Below are positions 10,254 through 22,800 of a stretch of DNA of 64,000 nt, piece after piece. The notes below the pieces were generated by a model, which saw only the letters and a list, made by a program, of their open reading frames with translations, ran no database searches and had not been told where the DNA came from. Made by a program: the position numbers and the translations under genes. Source of the stretch: Vitrella brassicaformis CCMP3155 (taxonomy: Eukaryota; Protista; Chromerida); NCBI GenBank assembly GCA_001179505.1, contig CDMY01000759.1, forward strand, positions 62,001 to 126,000. Direction: 5' to 3'. Every line of letters starts with the position of its first letter. The first letter of the stretch is position 1.

Positions 10254-13200
10254 ATGAGCTTACTGCTTTTTCTTCTCCTGCTGTGCGGGGACATCTGCTG
10301 TTCGCTACCCAGCGAAGAAGCCAACCGAGGGGCACACGAAGATGAAGTAAGGCAGTGACAGACAGCGCGTTCCATCCACGACACCATCCCACTTCCGTGC
10401 ATATTCCTGCAGACACGCCCAGCAGGTGACGCTGAGTATTTCGATTACATTGTGGTACGATACGAACCCGCTCACGCACAGCAGTCGGTTTGATGTGATG
10501 ACATGGACGATGGTGTTCTTGTGTCCACGCAGGTGGGCGGTGGTACTGCGGGAATCCCTCTGGCGTTTACTTTGGCTGAGGATGACAAGCACGTGCTGCT
10601 GATCGAGAGGGGCGGCAGGAGGGAGGAGAATGTCGAGTCACTCACATTCGGGGGATGGGGTCCTGGTCTGCGCAATCCTGATCTTGCTCAGGAGATCCGC
10701 ACGCTCGACAAGCTCGTCACACATGTGGGCACTGTACTGTCGGGTGGGACGGCTATCAGCGGAGGCCAGCAAATAGCGGAGGTGGCTGAGTACTTCCACT
10801 TCCTCGAAGATGAGTTTGGTGCGTCCTTCGACCCTCACCTTGTCAACGAAGTATGCAAGAGACAGAAGCGTGAGGCTCCTCTCTCTCTCTTCCATCGCCT
10901 GTCTGTCTGTGGCTGTGTGTGTATGTATGCAGTCATACTCTTGGATCTTTCAGCAGACGTCTCAGCCGATGGGGTTCAACGACCCCTACAGCTCGGCCGC
11001 ACGACGGGCTCAGGAGGTTGTCGGCTTCACCCCTGTTACCGATGCATCACAGTTCCTCGCCGCGGGCTCCTTCATCACATTCTCCCTTTTCGAGAATGAC
11101 GGAGATGAGCTGTCGCCCGATCGGAAGCGCTTTGCTGCGGACGTCCTGCTCAACGGAACTCTCGCTGACCCTCCTGGTGTGCCGAGCGGGCTGAAGGTCA
11201 TGTTACGCAAGACCGTCCTGCGCGTCGACTTTGACACGAGTGGAGAGCGGCCTCGCGCCACGTGTGTGGCCTACGTCGATTCGCCAGGACCTCCTGAGTC
11301 CATAGACTCTCGTGCCAACGCAGGACTGTCCAAGAAAGGACGGCTTGGAAAGCATGGCGACATTCAACGTGCGTGCATCAAGCCTGGTGGTATGATCTAC
11401 TTGTCAGCTGGAGCGATCCTCACACCGACCTTGCTCATGAACAGTGGCATCGGGCCCGCGGAAGTGGTCGGCAACATTAAGGGCGTTGAGTTGGTGAAAG
11501 ACATCCCTGCTGTAGGGCAAAACCTGCAGGACCGCATCGCGACCACGCTGCTGGTCTTCCTCGACAGGAAGATCCCGGCTGGCGAGCTCAATGTCACGCT
11601 CGGCTCCACTACAGGCTTCCAAGTGACAGGCGCCGACTGTCCCACCGACTTCGGGTGAGACGGCGTGATCGAGTGCCACAAATAGCGCGATTCATCTCTC
11701 CCTCTGTCTTTGAATCTGTATGGATGCGTGCAGCATTGGCGACGTGAGTTTGGATTGCACGTATGTCAACTCTGAAGAGGGTTCGGGATTCAAGGCCATC
11801 GACCTGTTCCTGGCGACGCGAGTCGTCCTCCCCACCGCATTGCGCACTGCACCGTACGGACGAAGGCATATCAGCACTCGCCTCATGCGCCCGGCGTGTT
11901 CGCTCGGATCCTGTGTAATGTGTGATGTGTTCGATTGTATGTACGTATACGCGGGACTGCAGTGAGACCGACTTCCTCGTGTCAATCGTCGCTGAGTGCT
12001 ATGACAACCAAGACAGCATCCTGTGTGCACCGCTCAAGCCGGTGTTCGAATGTTTCAGGTAGGAAGGAGATGAGCGAAAAGAGACGCGACGCGCCCAGGC
12101 ACAGGCAGAGAGACAGACAAGATGCTTTCTGCGATCCGTGCAGGAAAGTCGTAGGGTTTTTTACTTTTCCGCCGGTGACCAAGTCGAGGGGCAGCGTGAC
12201 TGTCAACGAAGGGGGCGAGCCAATTGTGTTCGGCAACTTCTTCAGCGACGAGGAGGGGATCGATATCAGCAGTGCCGTCACGGGCCTCAGAACAACCATA
12301 CGCGTTTGAGGGGCAGGGCACAGCACACACTGATGCAGTGACCAGACTGAGGGACACTCTGCATGTGTGTATGTGTGGAGTTGCCTGCTGCCTGCAGATG
12401 GTGGGCAGCGGAGAATTTGACGGCATCCTGCAGGAGAGAGGGCCTCTCTCCTGCCCCGCATTCATCTTCAACAAACTGCTCGACATGCTCATTGTCGCAA
12501 CACGCCCCCTCAGTGATATATCCTTTACCGATGAGGCAACTCTCCCCTCGCTGACGGCCTTTCTCGAGGCGATGCAGAAGGGCTCGCCTGAAGAGACTGC
12601 TGGCTCACAGCAGGCCCAGGACATGCTGTATGCGCACTTCCTGCATCGAAGGCGGCAGGACGTCATGGCGAGAGAAACGGAGGGTCAGGGCGCCTCTCCG
12701 TGGCTGGGGGGAGAATCCGCTGTTGCCACGTGGCTGAGACAGCAACTCGAGATGGCCAAGGCAGAAGCGTCTTCACACGCAATGGCTTTGGCACCGGTAT
12801 GTAGATAAGAAACGCATGGAGGTACATGCATTTATGCGGTGAACGAAAGTGGTGTCTTCTGTGTGTGTGTCTCTGCCTGCATTCAGGAGAGGGCGGGATT
12901 GCACGACGAGGCGTGCGAGTCCGATCCACAGGGAGATGTGTGCGTGAGTGCCCAACTTGAGGCCGCGAGGCGGTTTGCAGTGCTGCCCCCATTACCGACA
13001 GGTCAGCCAGCGAGGCAGGCAGGCAGGTAGGCAGACACTCAGACATGCAACACAGTTGAGTGAGTCCTCTGTGTGTGTGTGTGTGTGTGTCCAGATGTGG
13101 CTGATGCGGATGGTCTGGAGGAAATCGTCAAGACAGCAGGGACCACCGCTTATCACTGGGCGGGTTCTGCGGCAATGGGCTCGGTGGTTGATTCCAGGTT

Positions 13201-13506
13201 TCGCGTCGAGGGCATCGATTCCCTCTCGGTCTGCGACGCATCTGTCCTCCCTCAGGTCAGCCAGCCAGCCAGCGAGGATGGCAGAGTGTACTGAATGTGC
13301 TGACTGTTTAATCAATCGTTGCTTTGTTGATGGGACTGTATTTGTATGAGTATCACGGACACACAGACGAGGGTTACGTTTAATGACAGTTTCTCTCTCT
13401 CATCGTTGCTTTGTTTGGTTTCCAGGTGACACGAGTGAACATACAGGCGACCCTGATGATGCTTGGCAGATACGCAGGCCTGCTGCAACGAAGGGATCGG
13501 ACATAG
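10254..13506 (+). CDS. Secreted FAD-dependent GMC oxidoreductase, HOTHEAD/mandelonitrile lyase-like
   Basis: Signal MSLLLFLLLLCGDICCS. Spliced FAD motif YFDYIV/VGGGTAGIPLAFTLAEDDKHVLLIERGG. Also LSAGAILTPTLLMNSGIGP, VGQNLQD, and C-terminal TAYHWAGSAAMGSVVDSRFRVEGIDSLSVCDASVLPQ/VTRVNIQATLMMLGRYAG with the catalytic His/Asn pair. Confidence 0.92.
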
Positions 13507-14286
13507 ACAGCCGGCACATAGACGGACGGACGGACGGGGGGCACTGTGTGTCGATGTGTGTTGCCGGCCAGCGTGGCGTGGCGTTCGCTTGTGTATTTGG
13601 ATGGTCGGGACACAGGCATTGTTTCCGTTTCGGACTGAGAGAGTAGTGCGATATGCGTCCAGTGCTGGACTGATGTGCGTGGACACTCAAACTATCATCA
13701 GACGGACATGACACATCTTCTTTCTTCACGCTAAAACTTCAGTGGATTCTTTGGTTGAAGTGTCAGCCTGTGGGCAGCACTCGCTGCCAGGTATACCGGA
13801 TGCGAGAAAGTCAAGAGGAAAGAGAGAGTGGGAGGGAGGGAGCGAGCGAGGGAGGGAAGTTGCAGTGTGTGAGTTGAGAGTCGGCTGTGTCTCTTGCGGT
13901 CAATTCGGCTTTCGTACTGTTTCATGCCATGTGTCACCGGCTTCCTCTCTCATCTTACCATCTTGCATCTTAGGGACGTATCTCTGATGGCCTTTCTTCT
14001 GATGAGACGAAGTCAGATGCTGCGAAAGCTGCTGATGTGCGATTTGTTTTTGGGTCAGGCGAGATGTATATGTATGGAAAGACACCAGTACCCGCATGAG
14101 AGCTCCTACCATATCACGGGCAGTGCGTGTGTAGCTGACTGACTGACTTTCTTGGGGTGAAAGCCATGCATTGATGGGTCCATTTATTGACGGCCGATGC
14201 TGTCGTAGCCTTGGCGTTCATCTTCAACACACACACACACACATCTATCCATCCATCCACCAATCAGCCTCTCTCCCTCTCTCTTC

Positions 14287-16400
14287 TCAGTGTGTCCATC
14301 TCTGTCTGTCCGCGGAGGAACCGCCGGCCTGGACTGGACTGAAGTTGACGGTCTGGGACTGAACTCGACTGGGCTGGGGCTCCTTGAAGAAGGTCACGAT
14401 CGGGATATAAAGATGTAGGCAGCAATATTGCACCTTCTTGCCGCAGACAGACAGACAGACAGAAGTGTGCATACAAGTTTGAAATGAGGGTTTGTGTGTC
14501 TCTCCCTCACTATCTCTGTGTCTGTGTGAGTCTTCAGCCTGACCTTCGGGTCAGGCGCACAGTGAAGTGGACCTCTGCGTGTCCCTTGTCCTTGCCACCG
14601 TTGCTTCTCCGACCTCCACCCAGATCGCCCGACCTCCTTGATCTTCTCGGTAGTCACGTACTCGGCCTCTTCTCCCAGAACCTGGCAGCGCGGTCGCAAA
14701 CACCTCCTGCACACACACACACACACACACACACAGAAACATTAGGTTCTGTGTCCGTTGTGTCTTCTCTCCTTCGGTTGCTTACGAGCGAGTTGCCGGT
14801 GCCGGTGACGATGGAGAAGAACATGTCGCTCTCACTGCAAGAAAACAGACATTTGCCCGCGAGGATCCGTCTGTGCAGTTTGATGCATCCATTGCAATGC
14901 TCACTTCTTCTGCACAGCCATGATGAAGCAACCGACGGTCACCCCGACACACCCTATACATGTATATGCACAGAGGCGGTCGATTTACCCAGGATGAACA
15001 CGAAGAGCTGCTTCTCGCCGAACATGGTGAACTCATCAAACTTGAGGAAGGCTGAAAAGACACACAATGGGTCCAAAGGGCACAGTGACACACACATATT
15101 CATGGATGGAGTGAAGAGTGTGACTTTGCGACCTCCGACTGTGCCTGTGAGACAGTAGGCGACGTAGAAAGACGGCATGATGACGATCGATGAACCCCTC
15201 CAGAGGCCTTCGAATAGGTACCAACACTACAGGAGAGACACAACGATAGATGAACGCGTCTCTCCTTCCCCTTTGCATCTTTCCCCCCTTTCTTCTATGC
15301 ACATGCCTGGAGTAGAGCGGTGATCGCCGCCAGTGCGAGCGACATGGCTATCTTGACGCACCACGTCAACATCGATCCAACCTGGCCATACGTCTGCAAG
15401 AGCAGGCACAAACCATGTTTTCGGTGATCTGTGCGTCTGACCATGCACAAGGCGATGACATTCTTGATCTCGAGCGGTGTCTGCGAGCCAACCAGACCGG
15501 AGAATAGGCCGTAAACGAACACTGAGACAGACATGACACAGCAGAAGGCCCATCAACGTCACCCATCACGTGATGATCTCACTCACTGAGCTGCCGCAGC
15601 ATTTGAGGCGTGGGTGTGGGTGCTTGATCGTCGTTGCTCGCAGTGGGCCTGAATCGACACAGTGAGAAAAGAGACACCATTTCCGTGACGTCTTCTGTCT
15701 CTGTGTGCTCACCCGCAGCATGCGCTTTCTAGCTTTCTGATGCATGTAGTGAACAAGTAGGCACTGACACCAAAGACCACGAACTCGTACAGCCCGTAAC
15801 GCCAGTTCGCGTGAAGCAGATCGTAGCCGACCTGGACACACAGAGAGGGACAGTGGCTGGCGCCGCCGGTCTTATGCAATGTGTGCCAGTGACCACCTGG
15901 TACGTATGGCGGGACGACGGCTCGGCGGCTGCCAGCGTGGCCACCATGATGCAGCCGACGATGCAACCCGTAGCGACCTGGTCCGTCCATGAACACACCT
16001 CACCGTACATGCACTGGACACACACAACAAGTTGATGAGCGCAGAGAGCCAACGTCCCCTGTGCAATGTTTTCTTACATTGCCGATCCACGCCGAAAAGA
16101 TCAAGTTGAGGGCATTTGTGGGACTGAGAATCGAAGCAGGTGTGAAGACCAGCGCTCCGAAGTGCATGAACATCCCAATCAGCCATCCGACAAGACCAAT
16201 CCACCCGCGGTGGTCGCCAGTGCATGTCTGGTTTTGAGCAGATGCGTGCCCAGGCATTGGGAGGCTCCGCCCAGGATGTTCGTGCCGATGGCGAGTGAAT
16301 CGAAGGGAGTGAGCCAACGCGGGCGGACAGTGACGAGGAGCAGCGCCACCAGCGTCACGGTGAGTGAGGGCACGGCAAGCCGTCCGAACATCGTCGGCAC
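14287..16400 (-). CDS. NIPA-family (DUF803/EamA-like) Mg2+ transporter, apparent frameshift near 16200
   Basis: TM segments WLIGMFMHFGALVFTPASILSPTNALNLIFSAWIG and IIMPSFYVAYCLTGTVGG/..KFDEFTMFGEKQLFVFILG match the NIPA pattern. 3' end estimated from spliced exons. Confidence 0.7.
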
Positions 16401-16734
16401 CCAAAGAGCTCCGCAGATGAATCAATCCTTCTCAAATGTGCGTAAAGTCAAGTTACGGTTGCAAAATCAGTACAGGGCTGATTGATGTTTGATTGATTTA
16501 CATGTATACGCACAAGCGAGTGATTGGTTTATCTTTTGCTTGTTTTCTGTGGGGTTTCTCGCCGTGAATTGATCACATTGACTCTTTTTTCCCCGATCAG
16601 AACGAGTCACTCACTCATGCCACACATCAGCCATGTCTGCATGAAGCCACACACACGTCTCAGTCAATTTGCACCCCGATTGACGCTCCTTGTTTCGGTC
16701 AACAAACATGCACCAGCCAAGCAGCACTCACCGC

Positions 16735-17767
16735 TCACTTCCTTCCCTTCCGTCTAACGACCATCGTAAAACCCTCCTCATCTACCACCGGCGCACTCGG
16801 CTGGGACCCTCCCTGACTCTGACCACCCCCACTGGCCTCCCCAGTGCTGACTCCCTGCCCTCGCGATGGCACACCCTCGTCCGTCTGCATCTCCTCATCT
16901 TCGTCATGGTTGCTGTCCCCATCCACGCGATCCAGCGGTGCACCGGTCTCTGAGGTAAGGAAAGCAGCACAACACGTGCTTCCTCATGGATGGTGTCCAG
17001 ATGGGTGGTTTGTTTGCTGACTGACCGTCGATGTAGGTGAAGCCCTGCTGGCCCTTGGATGCGCTCGCAGGCGCCGCTTGGACCTGAAGGATCTGCACAA
17101 TCCACCCATCCACGCAGGACAGACAGGCACTACAAACAGTGGGCTTGCTTCTCGCCTGCCGGTTGGTCCGTCCCCTGACCTGATGTGCGAGCGTGAAGTT
17201 GTTGGCGTCGCATTCCTGGTAGAGTCTCAAGATCAAACCAGCCACCTCCTCCTGCAACAACGATGGCCATCACCACACACGGTCACAACACAGCACTCAC
17301 TCACTGGCCATGTGTGTCCGTGTGCGTACCGGGCTGTTGTCCTCTGCGTTGCAGCTGAAGTCCTTCAACAGCCTCTCAAACAAAAAGTCGGCGAGGCGGT
17401 CGATGCTGATCCGACGCACAGATGACGCGGCTGTCAGGCAGGCACGCCGGCAGCACAAGCCAAACAGACAGGCGGGTCGATTGTCAGCCTGTCGTGTTTC
17501 GTGTGCGAGTTTTGTTCCTCACGTTGGTTGATGAACATGTCCAGGACGGCCTGATAGAGCTCCTCTCTCTTTTTGTAGGAGTCACGCCCGCCCATCCCAT
17601 GCTCAACACACAACGAAAGCGCCGTCCTGAAACACACACGTCACCACGCCGTCCGAGCAGTCTGGCCGTGAAGTATTCCGAAGCGTGCTGCGTTTGCGCA
17701 CCCACCAGTCCTTGAAGACCTTGAGCAAGGCCTGCTGGAACACGTCCACCTTGTTCACCGACGCCAT
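16735..17767 (-). CDS. TSR2: Pre-rRNA-processing protein TSR2
   Basis: Spliced FQQALLKVFKDW/TALSLCVEHGMGGRDSYKKREELYQAVLDMF..LADFLFERLLKDFSCNAEDNS..VAGLILRLYQEC, then an acidic tail ending DEEGFTMVVRRKGRK*. Confidence 0.88.
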
Positions 17768-17883
17768 GGACGAAGCGAGATTCGCTGAGGTTTGTCCTAC
17801 GCCCAATCAGGCGAGCAGGGAAACGCTCGGAAACACAGGAGCGAAGCCGCTTTGTCGCCGCTTCAATGCGAGCCGAGAATGGC

Positions 17884-17891
17884 TGCGAGCT
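17884..17891 (+). promoter_or_regulatory. Candidate promoter/5'-leader motif TGCGAGCT upstream of RCE1
   Basis: Lies ~22 nt before the ATG; recurs at 38859, 48001 and 58077. Confidence 0.35.
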
Positions 17892-17913
17892 AGTAGCTTA
17901 GGGGAGGAAATCT

Positions 17914-19525
17914 ATGGGCGCTTTATCGCTGTGTGTGTCGCCAACTGTGTGCATTCTGAGCTGTGTTCTTTTCGACGTGTGGTTTGTGGGAGGTCTGTAC
18001 ATATGGAGGCTGTTCGGCTTCAGCAACAGCCCTCGGGACCGCAGCGACGTCATCCTGAGGAGATCTATCAGCTGCGGGTAACACACACAGCATAATGCAC
18101 CACACACGGAGGCCAAACGATGAATCAGGTGATGCTGTTTCGCTTTCAGGTTGGCGTGTGTGGTGAGTGCAGTGACTCTTCTGCTGCTGGCCAAGCCTGC
18201 GAATACGGCGACGGGCAGAGGAGTCAGCTTTGCAACGCTTATCGGCTTTGGGTGGGCAAAATGAGGCGAGTGTTTGCACAATCACTCACTCGTGTGACCA
18301 TCCTTTCTGGTGTGTGGTAGGGCAGGTGCTTCTTGGCTGTCCCTCCTGTTGCTCCCCGTGGCGCTGGCGTCAGTCCTTTACATTGGCCTCATCGTCGAGG
18401 CCACCTGCGATGTGCTCGTCGGCCACCCTGTAAGTGAAGACGACCCTGCGTAGGATGGTGGCATGAGTGAGCTTGCCGTGGTGTCAGAGTTGGCTTGAGG
18501 GCTGGCTGAAGGCGGGGAAGCAGCCGTTTCTTCCCTCGGCCCGCCAGTCGACCATGAGCCTCGCGGTATCATTCCGCAACTACATCATGGTGAGAAGATT
18601 CATGACCCAGGCACGATACGTGTGTACCTGCCTGTGTGCAGGCTCCCTTCGCAGAGGAGTTTGTCTTCCGGGCTTGTGTGATCGCCTTGTTCGCTGCAGG
18701 TAGGTCGGCTGGCGCACACATTTACCAGAACATCCACACGGGACGGTGTGTGTGTGTCTGAGTGTGTGTAGGAGGTGCGTCTTCATGGCAGGTGGTCGCG
18801 TTGAGCCCTCTTGTGTTCAGCCTGGCGCACTGCCACCACTATGTGCAGCAGCACCCGCAGTACGGACACACAAAGGCCTTGCTCAACATCGGTCGGTCAG
18901 CCAGACAGACAGACAGACAGACAGATAGGCAGACAGGAAGACAGCCGGAACCTGAGTCGGCTGAGCATACCATGTGCGCTATCTACTTTTCACCTCAGCT
19001 GGTCAGGTACTGTACACGAGTGTGTTTGGGTCTGCGGCCGCCTATGTGTATGTCCGGACGGGTCACCTGGTGCCGGCCATCCTGCTGCACGCCCTCTGTA
19101 ACTATCTGTCCATTCCTGATGCCAGGTCGCACACATCAACACACATACATACGAAGCTTTCTTGTCACGGTGTTGTTCGTGTCCTCCATGCGCGTGGTGC
19201 AGGTGGTGGAGTGATCCGAAGCATGTTCACTACTGCCGCAGACACTGTGAGCCGACCTAGCCACGCGAATGTGCCACGTATGTACGTCAGGGGGCGATTG
19301 TTGTGTTGTGTCCTTCCTTGCATCAGTTCTGGTGGTGTGTTATGGTTTGGGTGTGGTGCTCTTTATCGTCTCTCTGGGGCCCTTGACGAAGGTGTCAACA
19401 TGCGGAATGAACGAAACGGGCATGAGTGTGTGTGCTGCTGGTTTGGTGGTGTGTTGTGGTTTGGTTTGGTGTGTCAGGGCTACCCGTCAATGTACAGCAG
19501 CTATGCCGAGGTACACGGGTGCTGA
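17914..19525 (+). CDS. RCE1: CAAX prenyl protease 2 (RCE1/FACE-2, Abi family)
   Basis: FVGGLYIW..RDRSDVILRR; FRNYIM/APFAEEFVFRAC (EExxxR motif); FSLAHCHH; RTGHLVPAILLHALCNY (HxxxN motif). Confidence 0.92.
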
Positions 19526-19819
19526 GCTGTGCGAGGAGCTGTATGTCACGGATACGAAAGATAGATAGATAGATAGAGAGATAGGCGTCTGGTACGCATA
19601 AACGGACGCTCTGCATGAAGACCATGCACTCACTCACTGGGCATGTGTACGCCATGTCATCAACTGACTGCCGGTCCCCCCCAGTCTGGGTGGGGTAATG
19701 GTATGAACAACACACCACACAACGACAGACAACAAATACACACACACACGCAATACACCAATACCTACTACACCCACCCACCCCGCCCCCCCATGGCCAT
19801 CCACCCGTCCACACGCGCA

Positions 19820-22800
19820 TCACCAGCTGTCGTCGTCCTGCACGGCGCCCTGCTCCTCGCCCTCAGGATACACAAACGCCACACACGTCCTGGCCGCCTG
19901 CAGCAACTCAGCCATTCCCGGCACACAATACCTCGGCAAACACGCCGACATCATCTGCGGCTGACGAGCGGGAGGTGGATGCAGCGCACGCAGCGACGGG
20001 CAGCAGTCGGGGTGGCACTCCGCTGGGGGGAAGGCACCGGGCGGGTCTGCGGGCAGGAACAGGGGCACGCTTGCCTCGGGCCTCTGCTGTTGCGGCAGGC
20101 CGGCCTTGGCACGCCAGTTGTCGACGGGAGTGAGTCTGAGGTCCTGGCATTTGATGTATAGGGCGTGGAGGATGTTGCGGCCCACTGGAGAGTCGCTCGC
20201 GACCGATGGGTGAGTGGAGGGGGCCAACACCGCACACGCCAGCTGCAGGCAATCGACATACCACACAGAGATGGATGCACTGTGCTCAGCTCGTTGTCTT
20301 TCGCCTGCGTACGTCTTCAATTTGGTCGACGATGGTCAGGACTTGACGTGCGATGTCCTCCAGCACCTCAACACACACCTGGTGAAGGGATGCCGGCAGC
20401 TTGGGACCGCTGTTGACGAGAGATGGGGATGGGGCGCGGGGGGGCTCCTCTAATGGGTCGTCATCATGTGGCTGTGGTGGGGGCTCGTCCACATCCATCG
20501 CCACCGCACCGTCACAACCATCTGCACACACACAGAGCACAGCGCCCAGATAGACGTGGATACAGATGTTTCCTGCATGTTCTTCTGAATCGTGCGCATC
20601 AGGTACCTGCATTGGCGTGTTCCTTGTCCTCGGCCTCTGGTGTGATCGTGGGCGCTTCTTTTGAGAAGAAGTGGAACTCAAGCAGCAGGTACCGCAGCTG
20701 CACCATCAGGTCGGTTATCAAACCACACAACTCGGCGTCACCATACCCACCGTCGCTGCACACACATACACACACAGACGAACAGACAGACATTGGTACA
20801 AGGCTTGTATGCGCTTGTGTGTTGTGTGTATACCTGAACGGTGTGGTTGCTGCCCTGACGACCGCCCTCCATATTCGCTGATCGTCGAACAACCCCACAC
20901 AGTAGCCGAAACGCTCGCTATTCCACACCTGCACACACCACATCACACACGCGGTTGCCGCCGGCCACATGCACCTCCACCTCTGTTCTCTCTCACAAAT
21001 GAAAAACGGTCTTGATCTCCCCTGTTGTCATTGCTGGCCCCGTCCACAGGCAGCGGCACCGAGACGGTGGTCGACTCGTCGGTGAGTATGAAGGTGTGCT
21101 GCCGCCCGTTGAGACGGAAGAACAGGGGGACGGGGCGGGGGGGACAGCTGGGCGTGGGGTCTGACGCAGCAGCGGCAGCAGCACCGGCAGCGGCAGCGGC
21201 TCGTTGGGTGAGCTCGCTGACGATGGCCTGGTGGGTAGCCTGCACTTGAGACCTGACGCATGTTTACACACGGACGGGGAATGGGGTCTTTGGCGACTTC
21301 GACTCACTGGAGCGTTCTTACCTGACGGCGATGGGTGACTGTGAGAAGTTGATTCTTGCAACGAGGCCGCCGTCACGCTCCTCTACGCCATCCAGACGGA
21401 TCGTGACCCTGCACACAACACGGCACAAACAGACACGACACATAGCAGCCGTCCTCCCACCTTCCCTTCTTTCTTGTGTCGTCAGTCACCTGGGGCATCG
21501 TGTGGTGGTGACCCATGACTCAAACATGTCCGCCAGCGACGCCTCCGTCACACCTGCAGGCAGCTGGTGGTCATGTACCCGGCAGTGGTCCCGCATGGCC
21601 CCCTGCATGCACGCCACGAGGTCGGCCCTGGTGGTGGAGGCGTACTGGTGCCTCGCCATCCACAGCTGGAAGGCCCTCATCACCGCCTGCCGTGAGGTGA
21701 GGCCCTCGATCGTCCTGAAGATGCAGGCCGCCTTCCCATAGGTGATCAAATTGAAGTGGCTGATGATCGAGTCAACACCATCCAGCCCCTCCAGGGCCAC
21801 GGGATGCGTCGACCCCCTGTGTATATGCACGAGAAGGCAGAGAGACAGGCAGGGAGAGGCGTGTGCTACATGAGGTGCCTTCCATATGACTGTCACTTCA
21901 GCGTACGTAGAGTCGTCCAGCATGGCCTCGAAGAAGACCTCGAGCAGGAAGGTGACCCACACCCAGTTGCGGGCCGTCAGCTGCTCCTGCGGCGGGCGGC
22001 TGGCGGGGCTGCCGAACAGGATGTCGTCGAGGGCCACAAATTCCAGATACCGCGCCACGCCCTCCTTCAGGAACAACTGCACGCAGCAAAAGGAAAGAGA
22101 GAGACGTGGAGGCTGGGGGAGACGGAGGGCTGTACGTGGTCACCTCGTCGAATGTGTGTGGCGTGAGGCAGTCCCCGAACCACATGTGCGACACCTCGTG
22201 ACAGATGAGGCGAGAAATGCGCCTCCGACGCGACCAGCCCGTCATCAGGTCGCTCACAGAAAAGAAACTGCATCCCACAGCCAAACACCCACAGCCAACA
22301 CACCATGCATTTCTGTCGCATCTGCTCTCTGTGTGTGCATCGCGCCGCCCACTCACTCTATGTCGAATGTGATGCACCCGAAGTTCTCCAGGCCGATCCC
22401 TCTGTGCGGCTTGATGCCAAGCAGGTCCAGCTTGGAGAGGGCATATGGCACACCGCAGCCGTCGCCGAGACCACCGCCGAAAGTGTTCTCGAAGTAGCCA
22501 AACGCCGACATGCCGACCTCATGCGCAAACCGGAGACCCGACCCACGACCTGTTTGCGGCCATCAGAGAGGGAGAGAGACAAAGCACCCACTGCATTGCT
22601 GTCACACACGCCCATATGCCTTTTCGGTGTCTGTGGCTGACCGTGGGGCATCCATGCCGTAACATCTACGGTCCTCCTGCCCTCCGCACACCCTGGCGTG
22701 TTGGCCGGGACGGGCACCTCCACGCGCCCACCCAAGGAGCCAAAATGGCCGATGTAGAACCCATAGGCATAGCACGGCAGCCTCGGAGTCGGCTCGAACA

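Noticed and set aside
17884-17913. Upstream motif as a relic dinoflagellate-type spliced leader
   Set aside because: It does not match the DinoSL sequence (CCGTAGCCATTTTGGCTCAAG), so it is kept only as a candidate promoter motif.
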